Assembly: GCF_000018105.1 (NCBI RefSeq)
Contig: NC_009932.1
Span: 30,001-62,000 of the forward strand
Length of the DNA: 32,000 nucleotides
Direction: 5' to 3'
Source: Acaryochloris marina MBIC11017
GTDB taxonomy: Bacteria; Cyanobacteriota; Cyanobacteriia; Thermosynechococcales; Thermosynechococcaceae
Part shown: piece by piece, positions 14,110 to 23,514 of the stretch
Position numbering within the stretch: position 1 is the stretch's first letter
Layout: every line of letters starts with the position of its first letter
Notes under the pieces: generated by a model
Seen by the model: only the letters and a program-made list of their open reading frames with translations
The model's database searches: none
Told to the model about the DNA's origin: nothing
Position numbers and translations under genes: made by a program

Positions 14110-15612
14110 ATGGAACATTCAGTTTTTTCCTGGGGAATTATTATATTTCTCCTAGGAACGTTGGGTATAGGAGTCTGGGCTTCTCAGCAAATTAAAGGCG
14201 ATAGTGTGAATTTTTTGGTGGCTGGAAGAGGGCTAGCATTGCCTTTAGCTGCCGCTACACTAATGGCACAATCTGTAGACTCTAATGCCACATTGGGTAA
14301 TACCGACTTATCTGCAGAATTTGGCTTTTGGGCTGGGGCGGCCTTGCCTATTGGGTTATCTCTGTGTCTGTTCTTGACTGGGACTTTTTTGGCTAAACCC
14401 ATGAATCGTATGGGGTTAATTACCATCCCCGATTTTTATCGAGTTAAGTACGGCAGACGAGTAGAACTCATTGCTTCTTGCATTATGTCCATTAGTTTTT
14501 CGTTCCTGCTGGCGGGAAACCTAGTCGCTGGCGGTTTCATGTTCCAGACATTTTTAGGGACTAGCTACGTTGGTGGTATTACTTTGCTAGCGACTCTGGT
14601 TTTTGCCTATACCGTCTCTGGGGGACTCTTCGCTGTAGCGTATACGGATGCGATGCAAATCTTGATTGCCTTGGTGGGTGCTTTGGGATTGCTTGCATTT
14701 GTATTGGTTAACTTTGGCTTAGATATTGCTCCAGGGACTGGCCCACTAGCCCTGGAACAATTGACTTCAGTTGGTTCAGGTGCAGCAGTTAATTGGGCTA
14801 GTCTTTTGGCATTAGGGTTTGGCAATATGGTCGCGATAGATTTTATGGCCCGCATTTTTGCAGCAGAAAGCCCAGAAACAGCTAGAAGATCCTGCTATGT
14901 TGCCTCTGCTGGTACTTTAATTGTGGGTATTCCCTTTTCAGTCATTGCTTTGTCGGCTAACAGCATTCTTGAAGGGGCTAATGTGGTAGCTGATGGTCCC
15001 GTACTATTTGCTCTGCTGCAAAATGTGGTGCCGCCAGTGTTGGGATTGCTGGTTCTAGTGGCTATTTTGTCAGCCTCTCTCTCCACTGCGGATGGTGCAA
15101 TCCTGGGTACCTCTTCGGTCTTAGCTCACAACGTATTCGGAATTCGTCATGGGGGTACTCATGGACGTGGTGGCGGTGATCGTCTCCTCTTAGTAACCCG
15201 ATTATTGTCGCTTGTAATTACTCTATTGGGTGTGTTCTTGGGCCTACGAGTACCTCAGACCGGAGTGCTGCTGCTGCTAGGTTTTGATCTGGGGTTTGCG
15301 GGCTTAGTAGTACCTTTGTTAGGTGGGTTATTTTGGTCCTATTCTACCCGTCAAGGGGCATTAGCCTGTATCTTTGCAGGCTCAACAACCCGATTGATTC
15401 TTTTTGCTTTGATGCCAACAATGTTTGGTATTGAGAATACACTGCTTTACATCCCCAATAGTCTCTTCACTAGCAATTTTGATGGGTTCCCAACTCTGAT
15501 TAGTCCTGTAGTTGGCTTCATAGCGTTTGTAGTCGTTTCTAAACTCACCTACAAACCAATCCCTGTAGAGCTAGAGCGAGTAAAACTGCGTGAGGGAGTA
15601 CAAGCCTTATAA
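14110..15612 (+). CDS. Sodium:solute symporter (SSS/SSF) family transporter
   Basis: 500 aa with about 13 TM segments. The N-terminal FLVAGRGLALPLAAATLMAQSVDSNATLG and the GGLFAVAYTDAMQ motif are typical of SSS proteins. GGAG lies 9 nt upstream of the ATG. Confidence 0.85.
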   Translation: MEHSVFSWGIIIFLLGTLGIGVWASQQIKGDSVNFLVAGRGLALPLAAATLMAQSVDSNATLGNTDLSAEFGFWAGAALPIGLSLCLFLTGTFLAKPMNRMGLITIPDFYRVKYGRRVELIASCIMSISFSFLLAGNLVAGGFMFQTFLGTSYVGGITLLATLVFAYTVSGGLFAVAYTDAMQILIALVGALGLLAFVLVNFGLDIAPGTGPLALEQLTSVGSGAAVNWASLLALGFGNMVAIDFMARIFAAESPETARRSCYVASAGTLIVGIPFSVIALSANSILEGANVVADGPVLFALLQNVVPPVLGLLVLVAILSASLSTADGAILGTSSVLAHNVFGIRHGGTHGRGGGDRLLLVTRLLSLVITLLGVFLGLRVPQTGVLLLLGFDLGFAGLVVPLLGGLFWSYSTRQGALACIFAGSTTRLILFALMPTMFGIENTLLYIPNSLFTSNFDGFPTLISPVVGFIAFVVVSKLTYKPIPVELERVKLREGVQAL

Positions 15613-15663
15613 ATTCAGCGATAGAGCGCATCTCAAAGGATTGGCATAAAACACCCAGTTCAT

Positions 15664-16284
15664 TCACCCCCAAACTCTACACACCCGTTCCCGGTCCAAC
15701 CACACCCCGATCATCTCCTCGATCCTCTCGATAGTTTCCCCTGGTCGCAGCTTGATTACCTGCAACACATCGAACGTATTCTCTAACTCCAAAGCGCACT
15801 CGAAGCAAAACTCGGGCGTTTCAAACGAAATTTTGATGAATGGCTTACCACTACCTTCGATGGTGATCCAAAAATTCCCTAAGCTGCTTTGGGAAACCGT
15901 CAGATACTCAAGCTGACCCTTTTGCTTGGTCTGCTGGATCAGATTCTTTTGTCTGCGCTCAAGGGCATTGAACTTGGACTCAAATGCTCTGGATACTCTG
16001 GGGGGTTGGGTTCTGCTAGTTGTATGCCGAGCTGTATATCCTCGCTGAGTTCTCCGCGCAAAATCGGGTTCTCGGTGAATGTGGATAGGGGCTGATTCAC
16101 GCTTGCGCTCATCGTCTCCAGCATCTGGAGATGGCTTGCGCTTTAATGGCAGATCATCTTTCCGTGCAATCGTTGGGAATGCCGTCTTGCCTGAATATGC
16201 AGAGTTTGATTCGATGTTTGTTGGGGTTTTCAGCGTAGGTTGGGCTGGCGGTTTTGGTTTCAGCGAGATGAGTTGGGGAGCCAT
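15664..16284 (-). CDS. Full-length member of the repeated family (basic Pro/Lys/Arg-rich N-terminus plus conserved C-terminal domain)
   Basis: 206 aa, ATG with GAGGA 6-7 nt upstream. The C-terminal domain is shared with 35..274 and 2427..2579. No known family recognised. Confidence 0.7.
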   Translation of the reverse strand: MAPQLISLKPKPPAQPTLKTPTNIESNSAYSGKTAFPTIARKDDLPLKRKPSPDAGDDERKRESAPIHIHREPDFARRTQRGYTARHTTSRTQPPRVSRAFESKFNALERRQKNLIQQTKQKGQLEYLTVSQSSLGNFWITIEGSGKPFIKISFETPEFCFECALELENTFDVLQVIKLRPGETIERIEEMIGVWLDRERVCRVWG

Positions 16285-16574
16285 CAGGAATCCTCTACCA
16301 AGACAAAATTAGTGTAGCTTCTGGGGATATGCTTAGGGGAGTTTTAGGGGAAAGCTTAATTTGGAGGTGTGGAAATTAAAGGCAGCTATAGGAAGATTTG
16401 CTATCGAGTTCCCAGGATGCTTCACCAATAATTAGATGATTGAGCTTACACAAAATTCTTGGCACTCCCTATGATGATGACTCCCAATCTAGGTCAGCAA
16501 TCACTACACGCTATTACTGGGAACGATTTAACATTTTTTTCAGCCAACCAGCCACACATATTACCCATTACTTG

Positions 16575-17561
16575 TTAAATTCTTCGAAGCAGTCCATTCA
16601 TTGAGAGCACCAAAGCGATAACACTACCTAAACCAGCAATCAGCAAATTGGTCATACATGACTGGCTGGCAGACCCCAGGGCAGTATTCAAGTCTGGGCT
16701 ACTAAGTCGCTCATAATTACCTACTGCTACTGACATCTCTGGTAAAGAAGAGATTAAGCTACCAATAAAGTAATGGATTGTGGGGAACAAGCTAAATTCT
16801 ACGAAATGGTTCTGAAATAGTTCGGTCCAAACTGCAAATAAGTCATTCAAGATATAACAAGATAAACACAACATAATTACGCCAAGAAAAAAGCGAGACC
16901 AGCTTGCCTCAAAGTTGGTATCATCGATATCTTCAAATAGCTCTGGTCGACGTTTTTTTAGTTTTGACTCAAATATCAAAAAAACAATAACACCACATAA
17001 ACTAACTATTATGGCAATTACTAAACTCATTATATCTAATTCGGTATTCGCTCCTGAATGTTGAATAAATTGAACATTTCCTGTTAAGATTAAGTAGGTA
17101 AAACTAGCAAAAAAGAACATTAATAGTGACATAAATACATGCCAGAGAATTAATTGCTTTTCTAGCTTTGCTAATAACATCAAGTTCTTGATATGATTTG
17201 GATTTTTAATCAAAATCCATTTACAAATTAAAACTATAGGTGAAACAATAAAGATTAAGTAAACGTTAGATAAATTTGATCCAAGAGGTGTTGCAATCCC
17301 TCCTAGTCGACCTAGCCCAAATAATGACACAAGCATGATCCCTAACTCTGGGAGATTAGTTGTTGAATTAATAACGAGGGTTCGTTGAGAGTTGCCCCAT
17401 ATTAAACCTACCAAGCCAGCAGCCGAGCTTGTTGCCAAATCAGTTGACCTCGGAATAGCTCGAAAACTAACTAAACCAACGAGTATGAGAGTGACTCCAA
17501 TAAATGGTAGTTCACCGAAATAGTTATAGAATTCTAGAAGAATATTCTGTAAACCTGGCAT
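16575..17561 (-). CDS. Polytopic membrane protein, CaCA (Na+/Ca2+ exchanger, YrbG-like) family candidate
   Basis: 328 aa with about 10 TM segments. Two alpha-repeat-like motifs, INSTTNLPELGIMLVS and GSLISSLPEMSVAVGN, resemble the G(S/T)SxPE signature but are divergent. The gene is AT-rich. Confidence 0.6.
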   Translation of the reverse strand: MPGLQNILLEFYNYFGELPFIGVTLILVGLVSFRAIPRSTDLATSSAAGLVGLIWGNSQRTLVINSTTNLPELGIMLVSLFGLGRLGGIATPLGSNLSNVYLIFIVSPIVLICKWILIKNPNHIKNLMLLAKLEKQLILWHVFMSLLMFFFASFTYLILTGNVQFIQHSGANTELDIMSLVIAIIVSLCGVIVFLIFESKLKKRRPELFEDIDDTNFEASWSRFFLGVIMLCLSCYILNDLFAVWTELFQNHFVEFSLFPTIHYFIGSLISSLPEMSVAVGNYERLSSPDLNTALGSASQSCMTNLLIAGLGSVIALVLSMNGLLRRI

Positions 17562-17868
17562 TAGAGTAATTTTATATTTTCACTAGATTCATACATTAAC
17601 TAATTGACAAACAGTACTCAAATTATCCTTAATAATAGAAGCATCGACTAATTAAGAGAAAGAAAACTGAAATTTTTGATATAGCAATAATGCTTTAGTC
17701 GATGTTGATGGTCAATTTCAATCGCTCTTGATATCCTTAAAACACCTCACTCATTTTAAGAATGGTATGGTTGAGTTTAAATCCTAATCAAAACGTCATA
17801 TTCATGTATAAGCAATAGTTTTATACTTAATATTATTTCCAAGTGGATCTACTGCTGGGGTGTCTACG

Positions 17869-19326
17869 ATGATTCGCTCTCTCCAGACCATTGCATTCAT
17901 TACGATCCTTTCTACGATGTCTCCAAGCCTTGCAATGGCTGAGATTTCACCGAAAGAAAAGTTAAACTCTTCGATCAGATCTAACTCTATCGCTCAAAAT
18001 CCTAATACCCAAGCTGGTGATACTTTAATCAATCAACAGGCCTATATCTTGGGACCTGGAGATGAAATACAGCTCACTATGTTTGGACAACCCAATCTAT
18101 TCACCACTAATTACCGGGTATTAGTCGATGGTACGGTGAGCCTTCCTCTAATTGGTCGTGTGTTAGTCAAAGGTCGCTCAATCGGTATAGCTGAACGAGA
18201 GATAGCTAAACGATATATCCGATTCTATAGGCGTCCTTTTATTACCATAGTTTTGGTGGATGCCCGAGTGGTCACGTTAGCTATTTCTGGAGAAGTTCGG
18301 CACCCTGGTACATATCCCGTTGAATCTCCTACCCAAATTCCTACCGTCACCCAACTGATCCAGCTTGCTGGTGGTGCATCCCAGTCCGCTGATATCAGCC
18401 AAATTAAGGTTCGTCGTCCACAGGAGAATGGGAAAGAACAATTCATCAGTGTTAATTTATTACAACTGCTTCAAGAAGGAGATTTAAGTCAAAATCTGCA
18501 ACTGCGTGATAAAGATACGGTAATAATTCCGACCACTACAACCGTTGATTTCTCCAACGCATTACTCATACGTAATGCCAGTTTTTCTTCAGATCGGTCT
18601 GAACCCATCAACATCGCTATTATTGGAGAGGTTTACCGACCTGGTCCTCATACCATCCGTCCAGGTAGTGCAGATGTCCAAGAAGCAGGCACATTGGGTA
18701 ATGCTAAAGCCGCTTCCACTGAACTTCCCACTGTCACTCAAGCCATACAAACAGCTGGAGGGATTAAACCTGAAGCGGATATTCGCCAAGTGAAAGTTAT
18801 CCGGCGCCCTCACAATGGCAATCCTCAAGAGATAATCGTTAATTTGTGGGAACTACTCAAGGCAGGAGACTTATCACAGGATATCGCCTTGCAGGCTGGG
18901 GATACCATCGTTGTTCCCAAAGCGGTTGGTTTATCTGCTGCCGAATTGACTGAGTTATCCACAATAAGCTTTGCCCCCGCCACTATTGACGTCAATGTCG
19001 TTGGTGAGGTCAAACGGCCCGGAATAATCAAGATTCAACCCAATACCCCTCTTAATACTGCCATGTTAGCTGCAGGGGGGTTTGATGATCGCAGAGCGAA
19101 TAAAAGCAAAGTAAAACTCATTCGCTTAAATCCAGATGGAACCGTGACTCAAAGAGAAATTAAGATTGACTTAGAACAGCCACTGAACGAGGAGAACAAT
19201 CCTGCCCTTCGGAACAATGATGTGGTGGTAGTTGGTCGGTCTGGCCTGACAAAGGTTGGTGATAATCTTCGAAATATTCTTGCGCCAATAACAAGTAGTT
19301 TTGGTATATTCAGAATCTTATTCTGA
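17869..19326 (+). CDS. Wza-like polysaccharide export protein (Poly_export domain plus multiple SLBB domains)
   Basis: Signal peptide MIRSLQTIAFITILSTMSPSLAMA; Poly_export motif YILGPGDEIQLTMFGQPNL..DGTVSLPLIGRVLVKG. SLBB units repeat (ISGEVRHPGTY, IIGEVYRPGPH, VVGEVKRPGII). ATG at 17869 (track GTG at 17860). Confidence 0.85.
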   Translation: MIRSLQTIAFITILSTMSPSLAMAEISPKEKLNSSIRSNSIAQNPNTQAGDTLINQQAYILGPGDEIQLTMFGQPNLFTTNYRVLVDGTVSLPLIGRVLVKGRSIGIAEREIAKRYIRFYRRPFITIVLVDARVVTLAISGEVRHPGTYPVESPTQIPTVTQLIQLAGGASQSADISQIKVRRPQENGKEQFISVNLLQLLQEGDLSQNLQLRDKDTVIIPTTTTVDFSNALLIRNASFSSDRSEPINIAIIGEVYRPGPHTIRPGSADVQEAGTLGNAKAASTELPTVTQAIQTAGGIKPEADIRQVKVIRRPHNGNPQEIIVNLWELLKAGDLSQDIALQAGDTIVVPKAVGLSAAELTELSTISFAPATIDVNVVGEVKRPGIIKIQPNTPLNTAMLAAGGFDDRRANKSKVKLIRLNPDGTVTQREIKIDLEQPLNEENNPALRNNDVVVVGRSGLTKVGDNLRNILAPITSSFGIFRILF

Positions 19327-19400
19327 TTTTATAGGAATTTATCTATTTTTTTGAATCTAAACTACTAATGAATCTTAATGGAACTCCTAGTTCACCAATT

Positions 19401-19429
19401 CAATCAAGTACTATCCAAGTACTTGATTG
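19401..19429. terminator. Perfect 12-bp stem-loop between convergent genes (bidirectional terminator candidate)
   Basis: CAATCAAGTACT (19401-19412), loop ATCCA, then AGTACTTGATTG (19418-19429). It lies between the Wza-like stop (19326) and the HtrA stop (19505). There is no clear U-tract. Confidence 0.5.
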
Positions 19430-19504
19430 AGGACACGTTCTAACCCTCGATAATATTGTAAAAAATTAGTTCTAAATAAGGGAATACTCCTTATACAATC
19501 CCTA

Positions 19505-21040
19505 CTAACTATTCGGCTCTCCAACAGCTGAAAGGATTTTTAAATCTTCAGAATAAGCTGCTCCAATTCGATAATTTTTCAGGATTTCATCAAGGCTTTC
19601 TTCAGCCTCCTTTTTGTCTATAACAATTTGAAAATTACGTGCACCTTTAAAGGCAACAAAAGGAGAATTTGAAGTTGTAACGAGTTGACAAAATTCGCTA
19701 AAATCTTTAAATTTTTTTCCATTAACTTCCTTAACAATCCAACCCGCAATACCATGGTAGCCTCGATTCACCTCAGAGCCAAGAACTCGGGTTGCAACAA
19801 CGATTTCTATTTTCTCTCTAGAGGGCCAATTTGATAGCTCTATCAAAAGCTCTTTGGGTGCTGTTTTTGACCAGTTAATTCCCCATGATTTAATGAGATT
19901 TTTAGTTAATGGAGAAAACACAATTCCACCAAATATAAAATATCTTGGTAGCTCATTGTATTGCTCAAGTGGTACTAGTCGGAAATCTTTTTTTTGTTTA
20001 TTTAGAGTGAGCATTACTGTCTTCAGCTTGGAATTTCGAAAAAATTCAATACTGACTGTCTCACCCACTTGATGAATATCTATATAGTAGTTAAAATTTG
20101 TTCGATCTCCTTGTCGAAATACGACTGTGCCATCATCAGCAATAGCATGTCCATCAATTGCGTGTATGACATCTCCGGCACGAATGAATCCTTCAGCAGG
20201 GGATTCTGAAAGAATATGTCTAACTAGTATCCCAGTTAAGTTCTCGGATATTCCATAGCTACGTTTCATGCCAGGGTTTTCCATCTTTTGATAAACGAGT
20301 CCTAACCCTGGGAAACCGTTGAAGGTCTTGTCCTCAAGGTCTTGAAGAAAATGTCTTATGACGGGTACAGGTACCATATATCCAATATTGTCAGCACTTT
20401 TCCTTGCTTGCATCGCTACACCAACAATTTGGCCATTGCCATCCAGAACAGGTCCTCCACTATTGCCTGAGTTAATTGCAGCATCAATTTGCGCGGCTAG
20501 AAAGTACTCGCTGCTATGAGTATAAAACTGATGTTCTATACGTGAAACAATGCCTCTTGTAGTACTCAAAGCGTTTCCACCTGTGGGAAAACCATAGACA
20601 GCAACCTCTTGCCGAATCTCAGGCAGATCAGCAAATTCTAAGGGTGTTACACCTGAAAAAAAAGCATTATTCTTAACCGATAAGATTGCTAGATCAACTT
20701 CATGAGCAACACTGACAACTTGAGCCCTATAACGCTTGGCTTGACCGTGACGTCGAACTTCAACAAAGGTTTGATCGGCAACAACATGGGCATTTGTCAG
20801 AATTTTGTTGTCTGCGATGATAAAACCAGAACCAGTACTGCGTTTAATGACTGTTTCCCAAGGCTTCTGGTAGTCTGGCTTATTGCGAACTGAATAAACC
20901 TTAACGATAGCTCCTCTAATCCGCTGCTCATTATATGGCTCAGTGTTTCCAGCCTTAAAAATAAAGCAGGATACCATCAAATTGATGATGAGTAGACTGA
21001 GAACGACCTTCTTAAAATGCCTAGATATCGGATTGTGCAT
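19505..21040 (-). CDS. HtrA/Do-family serine protease of the Deg2/Deg9-like subtype (trypsin fold plus PDZ plus C-terminal PDZ-like domain)
   Basis: Catalytic motifs LTNAHVV, EVDLAIL and NSGNSGGPV. Blocks such as IDAAINSGNSGGP, NIGYMVPVPVIRHFLQD, FPGLGLVYQKMENP and YFIFGGIVFSPLT resemble plant Do-like 9-type proteases as I recall them. An N-terminal TM anchor is present. Confidence 0.9.
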   Translation of the reverse strand: MHNPISRHFKKVVLSLLIINLMVSCFIFKAGNTEPYNEQRIRGAIVKVYSVRNKPDYQKPWETVIKRSTGSGFIIADNKILTNAHVVADQTFVEVRRHGQAKRYRAQVVSVAHEVDLAILSVKNNAFFSGVTPLEFADLPEIRQEVAVYGFPTGGNALSTTRGIVSRIEHQFYTHSSEYFLAAQIDAAINSGNSGGPVLDGNGQIVGVAMQARKSADNIGYMVPVPVIRHFLQDLEDKTFNGFPGLGLVYQKMENPGMKRSYGISENLTGILVRHILSESPAEGFIRAGDVIHAIDGHAIADDGTVVFRQGDRTNFNYYIDIHQVGETVSIEFFRNSKLKTVMLTLNKQKKDFRLVPLEQYNELPRYFIFGGIVFSPLTKNLIKSWGINWSKTAPKELLIELSNWPSREKIEIVVATRVLGSEVNRGYHGIAGWIVKEVNGKKFKDFSEFCQLVTTSNSPFVAFKGARNFQIVIDKKEAEESLDEILKNYRIGAAYSEDLKILSAVGEPNS

Positions 21041-21315
21041 TCAGAAACAAGAGCATACGCTGCTATTAATTTGAACTTACCATAGGCAAGGAAGCCGGTG
21101 ATAGACTCGGCGTTTCACCTCCCAAGCAATCAGTAACACACCCTTTGAATTAAAGAAATTTCTTAAAGCTAATATCAAACTTAGCTTAAAAGATTTAACC
21201 TACTTATAAAGTGTTTTTATTGACTTGAGCAATTTCAATTTTTCAGAGGTTGATATTTCGTAACGCAGTTCCGATCTCTCACTCATTTAGACAACAGAGA
21301 CGACTATTTTTTCCA

Positions 21316-22026
21316 ATGAATAAAACTACCAAAATTACCAATCTAATAATTTTTAGTTTGATTATAGGAATAATACCTGGAATTATTGACTTATACATAC
21401 TGAAGTGTTTTACTCCGCAATCTGCTGTAGCAATCCCCAATACAGCAGGTAGTCTTCGTCCGCCAAAGTTAGTCGCATCAGATTTACCTCCAGGATTTCG
21501 AGAAGTCCCCACCCCAATCAGTTCACTTATCCGTGGTGCCATATCTTCAACCATTAGTGACCACTTTGGTAGTAACGAAATCCAGATCAGAGATTTAGTC
21601 ACTTACATGAATCTGAATCAATGGACCCTCATCATTGGGTTTGTTACCCCGCTAAATAATGAGAATGCTGTTCAGATGTTTGATCTAGGGTTAGAGCAGC
21701 CGAGTGCTTTAGAAAAGTTTGTGACAGGTATTAAAAAGAGTAATTATTATTTGGGTTCAGTAAATATTGTTGAGCAAAGAGTTGCCCCTTCCTTATCGCA
21801 AAAGATTGGTCAAGTTTCCACTGGTATGGCAGTGATTGCAAAAGCGAGAAATGTCTCCTTATTTTCTGAAATGGTTGCTTTTCGAAGAAATAATTTAGGT
21901 GCAATGCTAATTGTTGGACGCCTAAATGACAACATCCCTTTGATGACCACATCTAAACTTGCACAGAAATTTGACAGTCAACTATTAAATTTTCAGTCAT
22001 ATCCACACCCATCAAACCAACAGTAA
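21316..22026 (+). CDS. Hypothetical membrane-anchored/secreted protein
   Basis: The ATG at 21316 gives the signal-anchor MNKTTKITNLIIFSLIIGIIPGII. The track start at 21250 is TTG. No family recognised. Confidence 0.55.
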   Translation: MNKTTKITNLIIFSLIIGIIPGIIDLYILKCFTPQSAVAIPNTAGSLRPPKLVASDLPPGFREVPTPISSLIRGAISSTISDHFGSNEIQIRDLVTYMNLNQWTLIIGFVTPLNNENAVQMFDLGLEQPSALEKFVTGIKKSNYYLGSVNIVEQRVAPSLSQKIGQVSTGMAVIAKARNVSLFSEMVAFRRNNLGAMLIVGRLNDNIPLMTTSKLAQKFDSQLLNFQSYPHPSNQQ

Positions 22027-22308
22027 TGGGTAACCTTAGCCCCTAGGGCTAAAACTACCCATCATCAGTAGATTGAAAACGTCTTTAGCTCGACTTTATT
22101 CATTTACGCTGTATAGCAAAGTATATCCATCAAGTGAAGTGAGTTGATAAATCATAATACTTTTTTTCATGCTATTGATTACCTATTCTACTTCAGCATC
22201 TTGAAAGGAGGATCTCTAGAAATAGTTACTTCAGAAAATCTTAATCACTCTGTAAATAGATTAAGGAAATATATAATGACTCTTTTTGTAACAATATTGA
22301 GGTAAAAA

Positions 22309-23514
22309 ATGAGGGTTTTTCACCGACTAATCCATGTAGTTTTATTATTTTCTCTCTCACTATGTTTGGTGTTTAGTGATTTTGTTTTTGCAGATGGATG
22401 TGCTTTGGCAGAAGAACTAAAGGTAGTCACTTTTAATGTGGAATCTGGCAATGATACTGATCCCAATATGGTTGCTAGGGATATGCAAGCTATTCCTGAT
22501 GTAGATTTATGGGGCTTATCTGAAGTAGAAAATCAATCTGCTGCAGATACATTTTTGCAAGCTGCAGGAGACTCAAATTTTGAAAGTATTCTAGGCACTT
22601 CGGGTGGTTCTGATAGACTTCAAATCATTTACGATAAATCAAAACTAAATAAGCTTAACTCTAGTCCTATGGAGCTAACGGGTATTGGTGGAGATAGAAA
22701 GCCATTGGTTGAAGAATTTGAGGTGATTTCAGACAATACAAAATTTTTGTTTGCAGTTAATCATTTCAATCGTGGAAGTGCACGGAAGCGGCAAGAACAA
22801 GCTCGAAAATTTAGAGATTGGGCAGGAAGACAAACTTTACCTGTAGTGGCAGTTGGCGATTACAACTTTGATTTCGATATAAGTGCCATGGATGGTAATC
22901 CTGCCTTTGAGATCTTCTTTGAAGAACCAGTTTTTAGTTGGGCTCGTCAAACTTGCTTATCATCTAACACTTGTCCATCAACAGGGACCCAATGTAATGA
23001 ATGTTTTGATGGTTTGCTAGATTTTATATTTTTAAGTGGTGATGCAAAAAAATGGTCAAATCAGTCTGAGATTCTTTTTAAGGGAAGTTCATTTTGTGAT
23101 AATGACCCAACAGGAGCTTCAGATCATTTTCCTGTGCAAGCCATAATTGATTTAGATGGAGATTTTCAACCCTTTCAACCTAATATCTTGAAAGGTCCTC
23201 ATATCGCTAGTTTACTTCCAAATCCTTCTGGACGGGATGATACGAATGAGAGCGTTACACTGGTAAATACTGGGACAGAGGCTATCAACCTCGTTAACTG
23301 GATATTGAGAGATAAAGATGGCAACACATTGAAGTTAGATGAACTTGATACTCTTTTTCCAAGAGAACGGAAAAATATTCTACGTGACGGTCGCGATTTA
23401 TCACTTAATAATTCATGTGACACAGTTGAACTTGTCGATCCTGCTGGTGAAATTGTAGATTCAGTTTCCTACATAAGACCGGAAGAAGGTGAAGAGTTAG
23501 AGTTCATATTTTAA
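22309..23514 (+). CDS. Secreted endonuclease/exonuclease/phosphatase (EEP) family protein with a C-terminal lamin-tail domain (LTD)
   Basis: Signal peptide MRVFHRLIHVVLLFSLSLCLVFS. EEP motifs are VVTFNVESG, AVGDYNFD and ASDHFPV. The LTD is IASLLPNPSGRDDTNESVTLVNTGTEAINLVNWILRDKDGN. GAGG lies 7 nt upstream of the ATG. Confidence 0.85.
   Translation: MRVFHRLIHVVLLFSLSLCLVFSDFVFADGCALAEELKVVTFNVESGNDTDPNMVARDMQAIPDVDLWGLSEVENQSAADTFLQAAGDSNFESILGTSGGSDRLQIIYDKSKLNKLNSSPMELTGIGGDRKPLVEEFEVISDNTKFLFAVNHFNRGSARKRQEQARKFRDWAGRQTLPVVAVGDYNFDFDISAMDGNPAFEIFFEEPVFSWARQTCLSSNTCPSTGTQCNECFDGLLDFIFLSGDAKKWSNQSEILFKGSSFCDNDPTGASDHFPVQAIIDLDGDFQPFQPNILKGPHIASLLPNPSGRDDTNESVTLVNTGTEAINLVNWILRDKDGNTLKLDELDTLFPRERKNILRDGRDLSLNNSCDTVELVDPAGEIVDSVSYIRPEEGEELEFIF

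Noticed and set aside
12103-15086. Several 60-90-aa antisense ORFs inside the amt and SSS transporter genes (12103..12378, 12457..12723, 14184..14426, 14607..14855, 14895..15086)
   Set aside because: They are mirror-frame ORFs typical of long, stop-poor membrane-protein genes. The sense frames carry unambiguous Amt and SSS signatures.
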